Assembly: GCA_032718475.1 (NCBI GenBank)
Contig: JAUCBJ010006691.1
Location: 1 to 64,000, forward strand
Direction of reading: 5' to 3'
Origin: Nemertoderma westbladi
Lineage: Eukaryota; Animalia; Xenacoelomorpha
DNA: 64,000 nt
A model generated the notes under the pieces. It saw nothing but the letters and a program-made list of their open reading frames with translations. It was not told where the DNA came from and ran no database searches. Both the position numbers and the translations under genes were made by a program. Below, piece after piece: positions 11,670-22,321 of this stretch; the first letter of the stretch is position 1; each line of letters begins with the position of its first letter.

Positions 11670-13009
11670 GTTTAGCTATACAGTTGAATGCTTACTGCTA
11701 TAGTTACAGTTAAAGCAAGTCTAGTAATTCAGTATGACCGCTGGCCTAGTACCGGTAATTTATTGCAGTATATTAGAATACCGGTATGTACTTATAGTAT
11801 ATATATATAAGTATTGTAAACTAGGTTTGTCACAGAGTACCGGTATATAATTTTAGCACAAATATATATAAATATATAATAGGCCTATCGTGAATACCGG
11901 TATACAGCTTACACTTATAGTATATATAAGTATAATTATGAACTAGAATTAATTACAGGATACCGGTATGATTTCAGCTCGAATTTATAGAATAAATATA
12001 ATAAGCCTATGGTAAATACCGGTATGTCAATTATTTTAGAATAATTGATTTTCTGAATATTTTAGGGTTACTTGGTTACTTTAACTTACTTTGTTACCGC
12101 TATTTAAGCAGTAGTCCAACTGATTTTGAGACCTAGTTGTTGTATGGCAGGCCTACTATTTATAAATCGTTTGAGTTGATTTATAATAGATATATACCCG
12201 TTTAAATGGGTTTTTGTCAATATTTGAAATAAATGTTATTATTTCTGGGGGGTTCACTACACAGAAGCTGTGCGCTCTCAGTGAAGTGTTATTTATTGGA
12301 CACTAAAACAGATAATTCTAATTTACCTAAGTTACTTAATACTACAAATTGCTTACGATACGGGTGAGATTAAATCTCTAATTAAACACAACAAAAATAT
12401 TACGTACGAATTTTTAGGGTAATTTTACAGGAAGTCTACAAACCAGCCTAACAAAGGGTTAGATTTCTGGTTATTACAACGGACAGGGTACTACGGTATT
12501 TGAAAATAATAAGTAGTAGTAAATATATTGCACTGTCCAGATAGGAAAATACCACCGCCTGATGACCTATAACCGTATCGCTATAGGTACTACGTTATGT
12601 ATCACGGAGTGTTCCTACCTAGAAGTTAATTACCGCGGACTACCAGATCCAGCGTGCCTATTAACCACTTTACAACACAAATATACTGCCTACACACTAA
12701 TTACTTCGGAAAGCACTGTACACTAAACCCTAAATTAGGTACAAGTACTGGTACAACAAATAATCAGTAGTTAAATATACTTGAACAGTTAAAAGAACCA
12801 CGGCATCTGCTGGAGTGACCAGAGCACAAAGTCACCAGTCTTGTCCTACGCCAAGCAGCCCGTGTAGTACCGGGGTTAATTTAACTATAACGGTATGTGT
12901 AACAAACACAATTACTGTAGGAATAAACTTGGGGACATGAATGTTGCGAATAATCGCATAAACTCTGAATAATAAATATTACGCTACCCGTACAGAATAC
13001 TCAAACAAA

Positions 13010-13555
13010 ATACAAACCAAACGCTGGCAGACTACCACCAAGCCTAAATAAACTACTGTATGTGCAGATTCCAAAACGGTTAGTTAGTATGCGTTCTAAC
13101 ACGGTAGTACGACTTATTCTTTAAGAGGGGATTGACCTTACAGTTATGACTGCCCCAACTTACTAACTGGCACTTTATCAGACAAACTCTACACAAGCAG
13201 CAATCTCTTCAGACCTAATAATAGCTAGACAACAATCCAGCCTACAAAATATCTGAGTAATAACGATTACGGTACCTGAACAGACTACACAAACAAACAC
13301 AAGCCAAAACGCTGGCAGAATACTGTCAAGCCTAAATAAACTACAGTATGTGCAGATTCCAAAATTGTTAGTTAGTATGCGTTCTAACACGGTAGTACGA
13401 CTTATTCTTTAAGAGGGGATTGACCTTACAGCATATGGCTGCCCCAACTTACTAACTGGCACTCTATCGGACAAACTCCACACACGCTGTAATCTCTCCA
13501 AACCCAACAACAATCTGACAACAGTCCGGCCTACAATTATCTGAACAATCTGAGC
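13010..13555. repeat. ~290-bp tandem duplication in the BEL 5' leader
   Basis: aaaacgctggcaga...gtgcagattccaaaa...cttattctttaagagggg...gacaaactc occurs at ~13018 and ~13306. Confidence 0.85.
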
Positions 13556-13907
13556 AGACTTACACGTCTTCAGCTCAATATTAACTTACATGTAAATAAA
13601 ACTGACAGAAATAAGTAAGCTCCAAAAGAAACAAGGGGTGTACAGTCCCTAATCTCTTAAACAGCCTACCGGTATGCAATAATCAAAATCGAATAATACT
13701 AATGTACTTATACTGGAAGTACCGGTTAGGACAGTTGGGCCTACAGGCCTACAGAAGTACCGGTTCTGACAGTTGGACCTACGGACCTACAGCAGTACTG
13801 GTTCTGCCAGTTAGGCCTACGGACCTACAGATGTACCGGTTCAGGTTTACCGGTTGACCGGTACTTTCAACTTTATTGCTTACTGCAATAAAGTCATTGA
13901 CTGTTAT

Positions 13908-15161
13908 TGTACGCGCTTTTGAAGACCTTTAGCAGTTTAACCTGCCAAAATTTATATGTCTTTTGGTTTATAAATAGACTTTATAAGAAGACAAATATTT
14001 AGTACCAATAAACACAACATTAGCAGAAGCCAGCCTAGTGCGCGTCCATTCACCCGCTGGATAATCCCGGGAGACTGGATTCTGTCGGCTTAAATTATTA
14101 TTGCAGTGAAGCTTACGGTATTGTATTATTCGATTGATCGTTAATAATTAATTTCTGACTAATATTATTTACTTTCGGGAAATATTAACAGTTCCTTTAG
14201 GACGTGGCGCTCTATCTAGATAGACAGAGATATGACTTACACTAATCACAACGGTAAGTCGGTAAGGCTTAAGATTCACGTATGAGGCGCATTCTTTAGG
14301 AAATGCTTAGTTATCAGTCGCAATCATGCACACTACCGGTAACACACAATACTGCTCACTAATTTGCCGACCGTCAATGTATTTTATCATATATAAAGGG
14401 AATAGCAACGGACCAATGTAGTGCTTATCAAATAGCATTAAATTCACTACAAACCACAACAATATAAGTCGCAATCGCTATATATAACCCGTCTCTCTAA
14501 CCTGTAGTGTATCAAGAAAATTGGGAAATTTGGGTTCTTTATATATGTTCTCCAAATAATATTCAACCAAACACAACAGTAAATAGCAGTATAATAATGT
14601 ATGTTGAACAGTAATAACAACAAAGTATTGAATTGATTAGATATGGACTGATAACAGTCATACGCTCTATAATTTACGCCTACTAATGTTTCTTATAAAA
14701 GTATGAAACGAATTGATTCTAGAGCCGTTGTTCCTGGCCTAGACAGCAATAACAACAAAGTATCAAGAAAAAACAGTAAGACTGAACACTCTCCCTATGA
14801 TCGACCGAAAAGCTACACGTCGACAGGAAAAATCGCTCTGATTGGTTCAAGCCAAACAAAGAACCATGCGTTCAATGGCTGTTTCCATGTCAGCAACCAG
14901 CTGTTAGATGTCGTAATATGAATCATCACGGCTAAGCTATGAAAGGTATTTGTCGCATTGCAGGTTTTTTGTCTTACCATGTCCGCTAAAACACGTATAT
15001 AGCAGAATGACTTTTATGTCCGTTAAAACACCTGTAACGGTACCTTGAGGGCGAGGGGAATATTTATACAGTTAGAGAACCTTTTTAGAGTATTCCAGCG
15101 CCTGGGGGGAAACTGGATTGCGAAGCAAAGGGGCCAGTTATATCCCACAGAAGCTTTTACA
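13908..15161 (-). repeat. 5' LTR of the BEL element (~1.25 kb)
   Basis: TG...CA ends. Homologous to 21494-22321 and to the solo LTR 36949-38162, whose TSD fixes both boundaries. Confidence 0.9.
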
Positions 15162-17162
15162 AACACCATACTCCTCAGATAATGACGATATTAACTACAA
15201 TGTAGATCAATGGAGACATTGCCTTGGGACGATTAATCCAACCGACATCGCTTCCAGAGGAGCAACTCCTCAAGAACTGATAGATACTCCAGGCTGGTTA
15301 GGTGGATCCGACTTCTTAAGTAAAGAAGAAGAAGAATGGCCTCCTCATCTTACCACGGCGGAGATTAGACAGGCCAAGGGAGCGGAGAAAGTAACACAAC
15401 AACTCAATCGCCCAGCTAGTCGTTTATGTTTACTGGAAAGAGACCGAAAACTGTCCGGAAACTATGGAAGGCAAGATACTCTTCCTACGACCACTTCCCT
15501 AATCCGACAAATATCTAGGGACTCCATAACGTAATAACATATGGAGTGGGCGTGTGACTATATCATTTTATATTTGTTTTTATTTTATATTTATGTATGT
15601 ATTATTATGTAATTTTATTATAATCGTTTCCTTTAATTTTATTTAGTAGAATGTTATTTTAGTGATTATTTAGTAGATTAGTGCAATATATTAGTGTTTA
15701 TTACGTACGTAATTACTTATAATATATTTAGTGCGACTGCGAGAAATAATTATTTTTTCTCTTTCCTTACTGTCCGTATCATATTATAAATATGTGACTA
15801 CAGTAAGATGAAATGTCCGTACTTATTAAAGTACAATAAAGCCCCTACTATACTTAAGTATTATTGGTAGGCAGAGTATTAGGAATGCAAAGTTCAGATC
15901 CTCGTGTCTCGGCTAAACCAAGCTCTGGGTAGACCTTGGAAACGACTTGCCTCTTCATACTGACATTGCTTCGTGCGATATTGCTCTTCTACCTTATATT
16001 AAATAATACATATAGTAGCGTGATGTCCATATAACAGTAGCGTAAAACGCAAATAAATCTGTTAAACCTTTTGACCATCTGTAATTCTAGTCGATTAAGA
16101 TATCGCGGCACCCACCAATATACTTGAAAGACAAATTCTAGAATCAGTGGTTAACGTCCCCAGACAAGTTCTGGAATAAATTGGTGCCCATCTTGAATAT
16201 TAATTTAATATTTATTAAAATCTGTAAAATTCAGATCCTTTAAAATTTCTAGTCAATTAAGATATCGCAGCACTTACCAATACTCTTAAAAGACAATTTT
16301 ATAGAATTAGGGATCCTCAGTCCCCAGACATGCTCTGGAATAAAAATTGTGTCAATTTTAACATCAAATAATAAAATTCACGGGAATAAATTTAAATTCA
16401 TATTTTAAATGAATTTCATAAATTGTCGTTTTGTGCAATTTATAACATTCCCAAAATTCCATTAATTAATAGATCATGGGAGCGGAGATTCATCCTATTG
16501 AGTGTATTAGAGTGCGAGAATCTCCAACATATAGTCAATAGCCGATAAAATTAATAAAATCATGCATAAAGAGGATATTGACAATTAAAGAATTACTATT
16601 AAATAGCATCCCAGATCTGTATGCATGAGAATTACCCTAATTCTACCGCTAGCATTCCATAATGTCACCATAGCAACACCCACGCTAGAATTAGAAGCAA
16701 GTTAAGAGAACAATAGAAAGCTTGTCCCATTGCATAGCATAGAGAATACATAGCACACTGTTAGTATCCAAGGATACACAGTAATAACGTGACATTCTGG
16801 AAGGCACTGACTAACGGACAAATGGCCTGTATGTGTACAATTGGTGACAGTTGTGTGGAATTTGTGCGTTTATAGGTGAATGTAACTGCTAAAGTATGTT
16901 TACAGTAGCTAGTCGCAATTGTAAAAGTAGCCCAACTCTCCTATAGAAAGAACCTCAAGTGGATCCAAGCCTTTGGGACGGACAGTGGAGTGACTTGTGC
17001 CGGTTATCGTTGTCGTGCTGTTGCTACATGTTGGCGTAAACACCGCGACGACGGTACATCGGCGCTGAGAATCCCACTGTCCGGGGGCAAAGAGAGGTAG
17101 GCAGCGACGCCCGCTCGCCTAAACATAAACTCATTTGATATTAATAAACTCAGATAGCAGAT

Positions 17163-20100
17163 ATGACGGAGTTGATAGAAGATGATCTTGGTATTAGGGA
17201 GCGATATACTCTACCTTTGCAAGCATTTGTGGATAGCTTAATACGCAGTGAAGCCGATCCAACCATTACGGATGACGATGGTCGTTATATCGAACCGCCG
17301 ATGTCCCAAGAGCAACTTGCGCGTGAATTGGATTATCGAAAATTCACCGCTCGCTATACGAATCGTAATGGTACGTATATGGACTTCTTAACTACCGGCC
17401 ATCCTATCGATTTACATGATACGGACGATGTAGATACAGAGAGGGAAATGGTTCTATTTAAATATCATACCCAGCGGAGTCGTAACAATAAACCGAGAAT
17501 AGATCACGAAAATTCTATTCGTAATAGACTGGAAAGAGAAAACGTTGAAGAACCGGATAAACGCATCGACTTCAACGAATACCTAGAATTTTTGAGAGAA
17601 ACCTATCTCAACATCGCCAGTCAGCAGAACCTAGAGACTCGATATCCTCAAGGTATACATCATGACCCTGTGGTAGAACTCAAACGGCTCTATTTCACGA
17701 TGATGTATCTTACCGCCGATCGTCCACTACCTGTTATCCCGGATAGTTTTGAACAAATGGAAGAATATTGCAAAACTGGAGAACGATCACCCGCGTTTCC
17801 TCTACAGGACGTACGTCTTTGGTATTATTGTGACGAATGCCCTAGACCCAACCAACAAACTGAAAGACACAAACATCCGCGGAGACGTTGCACTAAACAC
17901 AGCTTTACGCGTTACACTTACGGGAGTTTCGAGCGAAACCTGTTCGACGTACCACCTACGATCGCTCATCTTAAACGATCACTGAATAAACCCATGATCA
18001 GAGTTCCGGAATACTCGGTCAGGCCTCCTCATTCCCTAGTGAGACCTCAAACTCTTGATCCTAACAGTATCACTGATCCTCCCGAACTATATTCCCTGTT
18101 CAAAGACTTAGTGTTACCCGAACAATTAATCGGTGGTGCTCCGGTAGTGGGTTCGTTAGACATTCGCCCATCCTACTTAGCCGGATTGGGACGCGGGCAG
18201 CTAATATCGCCCTTTGATCCTTACAATCGTCCAGGATTAAACCCAATGCAACCCGCCACGGAAGTCGAGGAGAGCGTTATAAGAAACGCTTTAGACGCTA
18301 TTCGACAGAAGATCGGAAAGGGAACACAAGATTGTTTAGAGAAACGTAAATTACAACAACAAGTCCAATCGGTGAAGGAGTTAGCCTTGCCACAGTTCGA
18401 TAGAGAAATCCAAAACCTCGAGGAAGACATCGAGCTTGGACGCACGTATTCTCTACAAGAATTTTTATATGAACGCTTACAGAGACAAGCGGAAGAAAAT
18501 CTACTCGAGGAGAAACACACGAAAATGGACGAGAGAGAAGAAGCCGCTTTAGCCCAACCTGAAGCTCAAATCCTTATGACGGACCTCTACTCTCAAACCA
18601 TTCGTCATCCCTCGATGATTCCACATTTCAGAGACAAACTCTTCGCGACGATACAACCTCAACCGGTTGATATCAGTACAGGATCGCAAAATCTTATCGC
18701 TGACGCCCCTATGTTACAGCGTCCGCCGATAGAGGCCGCTCGTGTTGACGGTATACTCGTTGAACCTCCGGACAATCGAGCGGATCTTGTCCGTCGTATG
18801 GTACACGATGTCAACATACGCGCTAGACCTTTACTGAACTCGTTTTATGGGATTAAAGACCACCCTTATTACGTTAATCTGACTCAATATTATATGGTAA
18901 AACCAGAAGACCCGACGCATAATTTAAGGTTTCTACCACTAATAAATCCTCTAGACATTGTCGAACTCGAACAATTGCAGAAACATCTGGATCAGTTAGT
19001 AAAGGTAAACTCATTTAGAAAACCATATAACATTTCTCGAATCGAGAAGGATATAGAACCTCCTTATAATCTCGATGGATTTATTAAAACTCGATTAGTC
19101 CATTGGAATCTAGATGTATTATTTGAAGAAGAGAAAATACAAAGATATGGAAATGTGGAGACGTATACCACTCGGCACATGAAGTATAGTGATCTCCCTG
19201 ATGCTAACCAATGCGCCACCTTGTGGCATCCAGTAGGGATGACCCTAGAGAACGCCACCAAGGAGTGGAATGAAACTCTTAATGTTATTGAGATGTATGG
19301 AGTTGTCACCTACGATAATGAAGGTAGCGTTCCGGTCGGAGAACTAGGAACTACGCGCATGATCCACATACGCGGATTAGCTGGTTCTACCCACGTGTTT
19401 ACCCGAGCGTGTTCCGACGTGATTGATTATTCCTTTGAAACTCTCACCGAAACACAAAGGAATCTCCGACATGGACAATTCGAACTCGCGCAGCGTTACG
19501 TCATTGACACCGAACGCAAACCGGCCATGGGTATCGATGGATCGATGTTACCCCAGCCCGTACTCGAGATGTTGTTCAACGAAAGAATCCTTAAAATCGG
19601 CTCAGCTGTTTATGGAGATCTCCAAAACGACTTTCGGAATATGGAGAACATTCCATACCCTTTCGTTGATACTCAGCTGATTGCTCCCTGGGCAGAAGGT
19701 CGAGGTTTCTTCCGCACCATGTATGCTAATACGTCTAGCAACATTACAAAGGTGCAACGAACTTCCATCGGACATCTTGCCTTTCAGGAATACGGATGGA
19801 ATTTCAAAGTCGGAAATCCCATCAACTATCAACAAGTATACGGAGACCATTATTCTCGATTATACTTTGATGGACCATTGACCGCACCTGGCGCCGTGTA
19901 TAGCATCATGAGTGTTCCACTCCGTCCCTCCTTAGCTATATACACGATCTTTGAAAACACCGCACTTGCCGGTTGGCTAGCCGATGTGTGCAGTCGTACT
20001 ATATGCGCCCATCCATTAATACTTGGGACCAAACTCGCTAAGCTAGATGAACATAATAAATTCATCCGCTTCGAATGTTTCCGGCGATTTTTAACCCCAT

Positions 20101-20561
20101 TCCGCAACGTGGATAGCCAATTTAAAGACCGCGCTTTGACCAAGCTCAGCCTAAGAAACTCAGCTACAGAGAAGTTGGATAGCGCTGGATTCGCCATTTT
20201 CAAAGAGATTTGTATATCGAACTTGCACTCCTCTGTTATACAAAGACCTCGAATCCCCACAGGTTATTCTGTCGTGGAAATTCAGACAATAGGTCCACCT
20301 GAAGAGACAGACACGCCCACCTCAGCTATGCACTTGGAAGACGAACCAATATGTCTAGAATCTGAGGAGATTCAGCCTATCGCGCCCCGGAACAGCGACA
20401 ACGATTACATCATAGAATGGTATCAAGGTCCACAGTGTCTCACTGCGTACGATTATCGACATGCCAACTATGTTTCTAGGCAACGTTGTCGGTTATGCGC
20501 ATCGAGAGACCATGATACGCCCATGGACACAAACGTCCGCTGTTCCTATTTCCAAGAATAA
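17163..20561 (+). CDS. BEL-encoded accessory protein ORF2 (1132 aa) with a putative DEDDy (WRN/EXD/Mut-7/RNase D-like) 3'-5' exonuclease domain
   Basis: ExoI-like VVTYDNEG, ExoII-like LPQPVLEMLFNERILKIGSAVYGD, FVDTQLIA, SIGHLAFQEYGWNFK, ExoIII-like PLTAPGAVYSIMS. N-terminal CxxC..H..C..H, coiled-coil, C-terminal CxxC..H..C. Confidence 0.75.
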   Translation: MTELIEDDLGIRERYTLPLQAFVDSLIRSEADPTITDDDGRYIEPPMSQEQLARELDYRKFTARYTNRNGTYMDFLTTGHPIDLHDTDDVDTEREMVLFKYHTQRSRNNKPRIDHENSIRNRLERENVEEPDKRIDFNEYLEFLRETYLNIASQQNLETRYPQGIHHDPVVELKRLYFTMMYLTADRPLPVIPDSFEQMEEYCKTGERSPAFPLQDVRLWYYCDECPRPNQQTERHKHPRRRCTKHSFTRYTYGSFERNLFDVPPTIAHLKRSLNKPMIRVPEYSVRPPHSLVRPQTLDPNSITDPPELYSLFKDLVLPEQLIGGAPVVGSLDIRPSYLAGLGRGQLISPFDPYNRPGLNPMQPATEVEESVIRNALDAIRQKIGKGTQDCLEKRKLQQQVQSVKELALPQFDREIQNLEEDIELGRTYSLQEFLYERLQRQAEENLLEEKHTKMDEREEAALAQPEAQILMTDLYSQTIRHPSMIPHFRDKLFATIQPQPVDISTGSQNLIADAPMLQRPPIEAARVDGILVEPPDNRADLVRRMVHDVNIRARPLLNSFYGIKDHPYYVNLTQYYMVKPEDPTHNLRFLPLINPLDIVELEQLQKHLDQLVKVNSFRKPYNISRIEKDIEPPYNLDGFIKTRLVHWNLDVLFEEEKIQRYGNVETYTTRHMKYSDLPDANQCATLWHPVGMTLENATKEWNETLNVIEMYGVVTYDNEGSVPVGELGTTRMIHIRGLAGSTHVFTRACSDVIDYSFETLTETQRNLRHGQFELAQRYVIDTERKPAMGIDGSMLPQPVLEMLFNERILKIGSAVYGDLQNDFRNMENIPYPFVDTQLIAPWAEGRGFFRTMYANTSSNITKVQRTSIGHLAFQEYGWNFKVGNPINYQQVYGDHYSRLYFDGPLTAPGAVYSIMSVPLRPSLAIYTIFENTALAGWLADVCSRTICAHPLILGTKLAKLDEHNKFIRFECFRRFLTPFRNVDSQFKDRALTKLSLRNSATEKLDSAGFAIFKEICISNLHSSVIQRPRIPTGYSVVEIQTIGPPEETDTPTSAMHLEDEPICLESEEIQPIAPRNSDNDYIIEWYQGPQCLTAYDYRHANYVSRQRCRLCASRDHDTPMDTNVRCSYFQE

Positions 20562-20567
20562 CCGACT

Positions 20568-21415
20568 ATGGAAATTTATTGCGCATATTGCAGACTCAAT
20601 AACTTGCACATTTTTGCGGTTTGCCCTCAATTTATGACTCAATGTCACCATTGTCAACTAAAGGGACACGCCAGTTTCGATTGCCCTTTTAATCGCGATT
20701 TGGAAAGCGTAGATGAAATGATCACACTACGTTACATCAGAGCTTGGGAAGCGAACGCTGATTTACATTGTGATTCGCGCCATCGTTATTATCCTGGACG
20801 CGCTTACAAAGGAGTTATGCGTTCCATCCTTATCTATTCGCTTCTGTCGAACAGAAATCACGCATATCGAGTTACGAGCTACTGAAGCGCGTCGGAGAAT
20901 GTATTTCAACCAAATTCGTACGCAAATTTCTCAGGAGTGTTAATCCTAGCGACCTTCATTCCTATAACTTAATCAATTATATCCGTCAGGATCCGGACTA
21001 TGGAGACTTATTTGTTAACTCACACCCCGAGTTACAGGAAGAATATCGACGGCCTTACGAATACTGAGCCCGCGAACGCGAGTTGGAAAGAACCATTAAA
21101 CCCCGGAGGTTTCTAACTGCCTATGGTCCACCCACGGCTCTCGTTCAGACCACTCGTAAAGGACCCGTAAGAGCGGCTGTCTTAAAACGAGCTCTCAAAG
21201 CCGTTAGACCCCTCTCCCCCGACGTTGATGTCAATCAACCCGGTACTTCGACTGGCGGATACACCGACCATAATCCTACACCCTCTGATGCAATCATATT
21301 GCACCCTTCACCCAGGAGTTATAGCCCTCCTTGTAAAGTGGCTCGCCCCAAAGAGAAAAAGACTCTGGCTAGCTTTAAAAAACTGCGTAAACGCCGTCCG
21401 CGCAAGAAAGACTAA
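20568..21415 (+). pseudogene. Disrupted C-terminal continuation of ORF2 (CCHC knuckles, basic tail)
   Basis: In frame with 17163 after a TAA. Contains CAYCRLNNLHIFAVC and CHHCQLKGHASFDC, a frameshift near 20850 and a TGA near 21065, and ends KKLRKRRPRKKD. Confidence 0.7.
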
Positions 21416-21493
21416 CTGTTTAAAGTATTTACATATATTAGAAACTGTGATTTTTGTATATTTATAAACTTGAATCCCATTTTCTGGGAGCGG

Positions 21494-22321
21494 TGTAAAA
21501 GCTTTTGCGGATATAATCAGTCCCCCTCGCCCGCAAGGTACCGTTATAGGTGTTTTAACGGACATAAAAGTCATTCTTCTGTATGTGTGCTTTGGCGGAC
21601 ATGGTAAGGCAAAAAACCCGCAATGCGTCAAATACCCTGGCACAGCTTAGCCTTGATGATTCAGATTACGACATCTAACAGCTGGTTGCTGACATGGAAA
21701 CGGCCATTGGACACATGGTTCTTTGTTTAGCTTAACAGCCAATCAGAGCGATTTTTTCTGTCGATGTGGAGATATTTGGCAGATCATGCTAGGAATGTTC
21801 AGTCTTACTGTTTTTTCTTGATACTTTTTGTTGTTTCTATCTAGGCCAGGAACACCGGCTCTAGAGTCAATTCGTTTCAGACTTTAGAAGAAACATTAGT
21901 AGGCTTAGATTATAGAGCGTATAACTGTTATCATAACAACCTTAACAACTCAATCGGCACATATATTGTCATATCATATCTTAACCTACCGTCTTAATGC
22001 TTTTTACTGTTGTTATTATTTTGTATCAGTTGGTTGAATATTATTTGGAGAACATCTATAAAGAACAAAAATTTCCCAATTTTCTTGATACACTACAGGT
22101 TAGAGAGACAGGTTACATATAGCGATTGCAACTTATATTATCGTGGTTTGTAGTGAGTTTAATGCTATTTGATAAGCACTACATGAGTCAATTGCTGTTC
22201 TCTTTATATATGATAAAATTCATTGACGGTCGGCAGATTAGTGTGCAGTATTGTGTGGTACCGGTAGTGTGCATGATTGTGACTGATAACTAAGCATTTC
22301 CTAAAGAATGCGCCTCATACA
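21494..22321 (+). repeat. 3' LTR of the deleted BEL copy (internal ~90-bp deletion, 3'-truncated)
   Basis: Starts TGTAAAAGCTT after the purine tract; reverse-complement match to 14280-15161. Confidence 0.88.

Larger units (their letters stand above)
1..15161 (-). mobile_element. BEL/Pao LTR retrotransposon, near full length (3' part runs off the left edge of the window)
   Basis: 5' LTR 13908-15161 (TGTAAAAGCTT...GCGCGTACA), ~2.2 kb leader, single gag-pol ORF with BEL/Pao domain order, 1.6 kb spacer, then extra ORF2. Confidence 0.95.
15162..22321 (+). mobile_element. Internally deleted, non-autonomous copy of the same BEL family (3' portion)
   Basis: Three joined pol scraps (TPYSSDNDD; DQWRHC..AKGAE; QQLNRP..RDSIT), spacer, ORF2, purine tract tgggagcgg, 3' LTR from 21494. 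Confidence 0.92.

Noticed and set aside
13908-15161. This LTR as a solo LTR, or as the 5' LTR of the + strand copy
   Set aside because: Flanks (gttat / aacac) are not a TSD, and its orientation matches the - strand gag-pol
17163-20561. ORF2 as a retroviral-type env
   Set aside because: No signal peptide, transmembrane anchor or fusion-protein Cys pattern; it has nuclease-like and zinc-knuckle motifs instead
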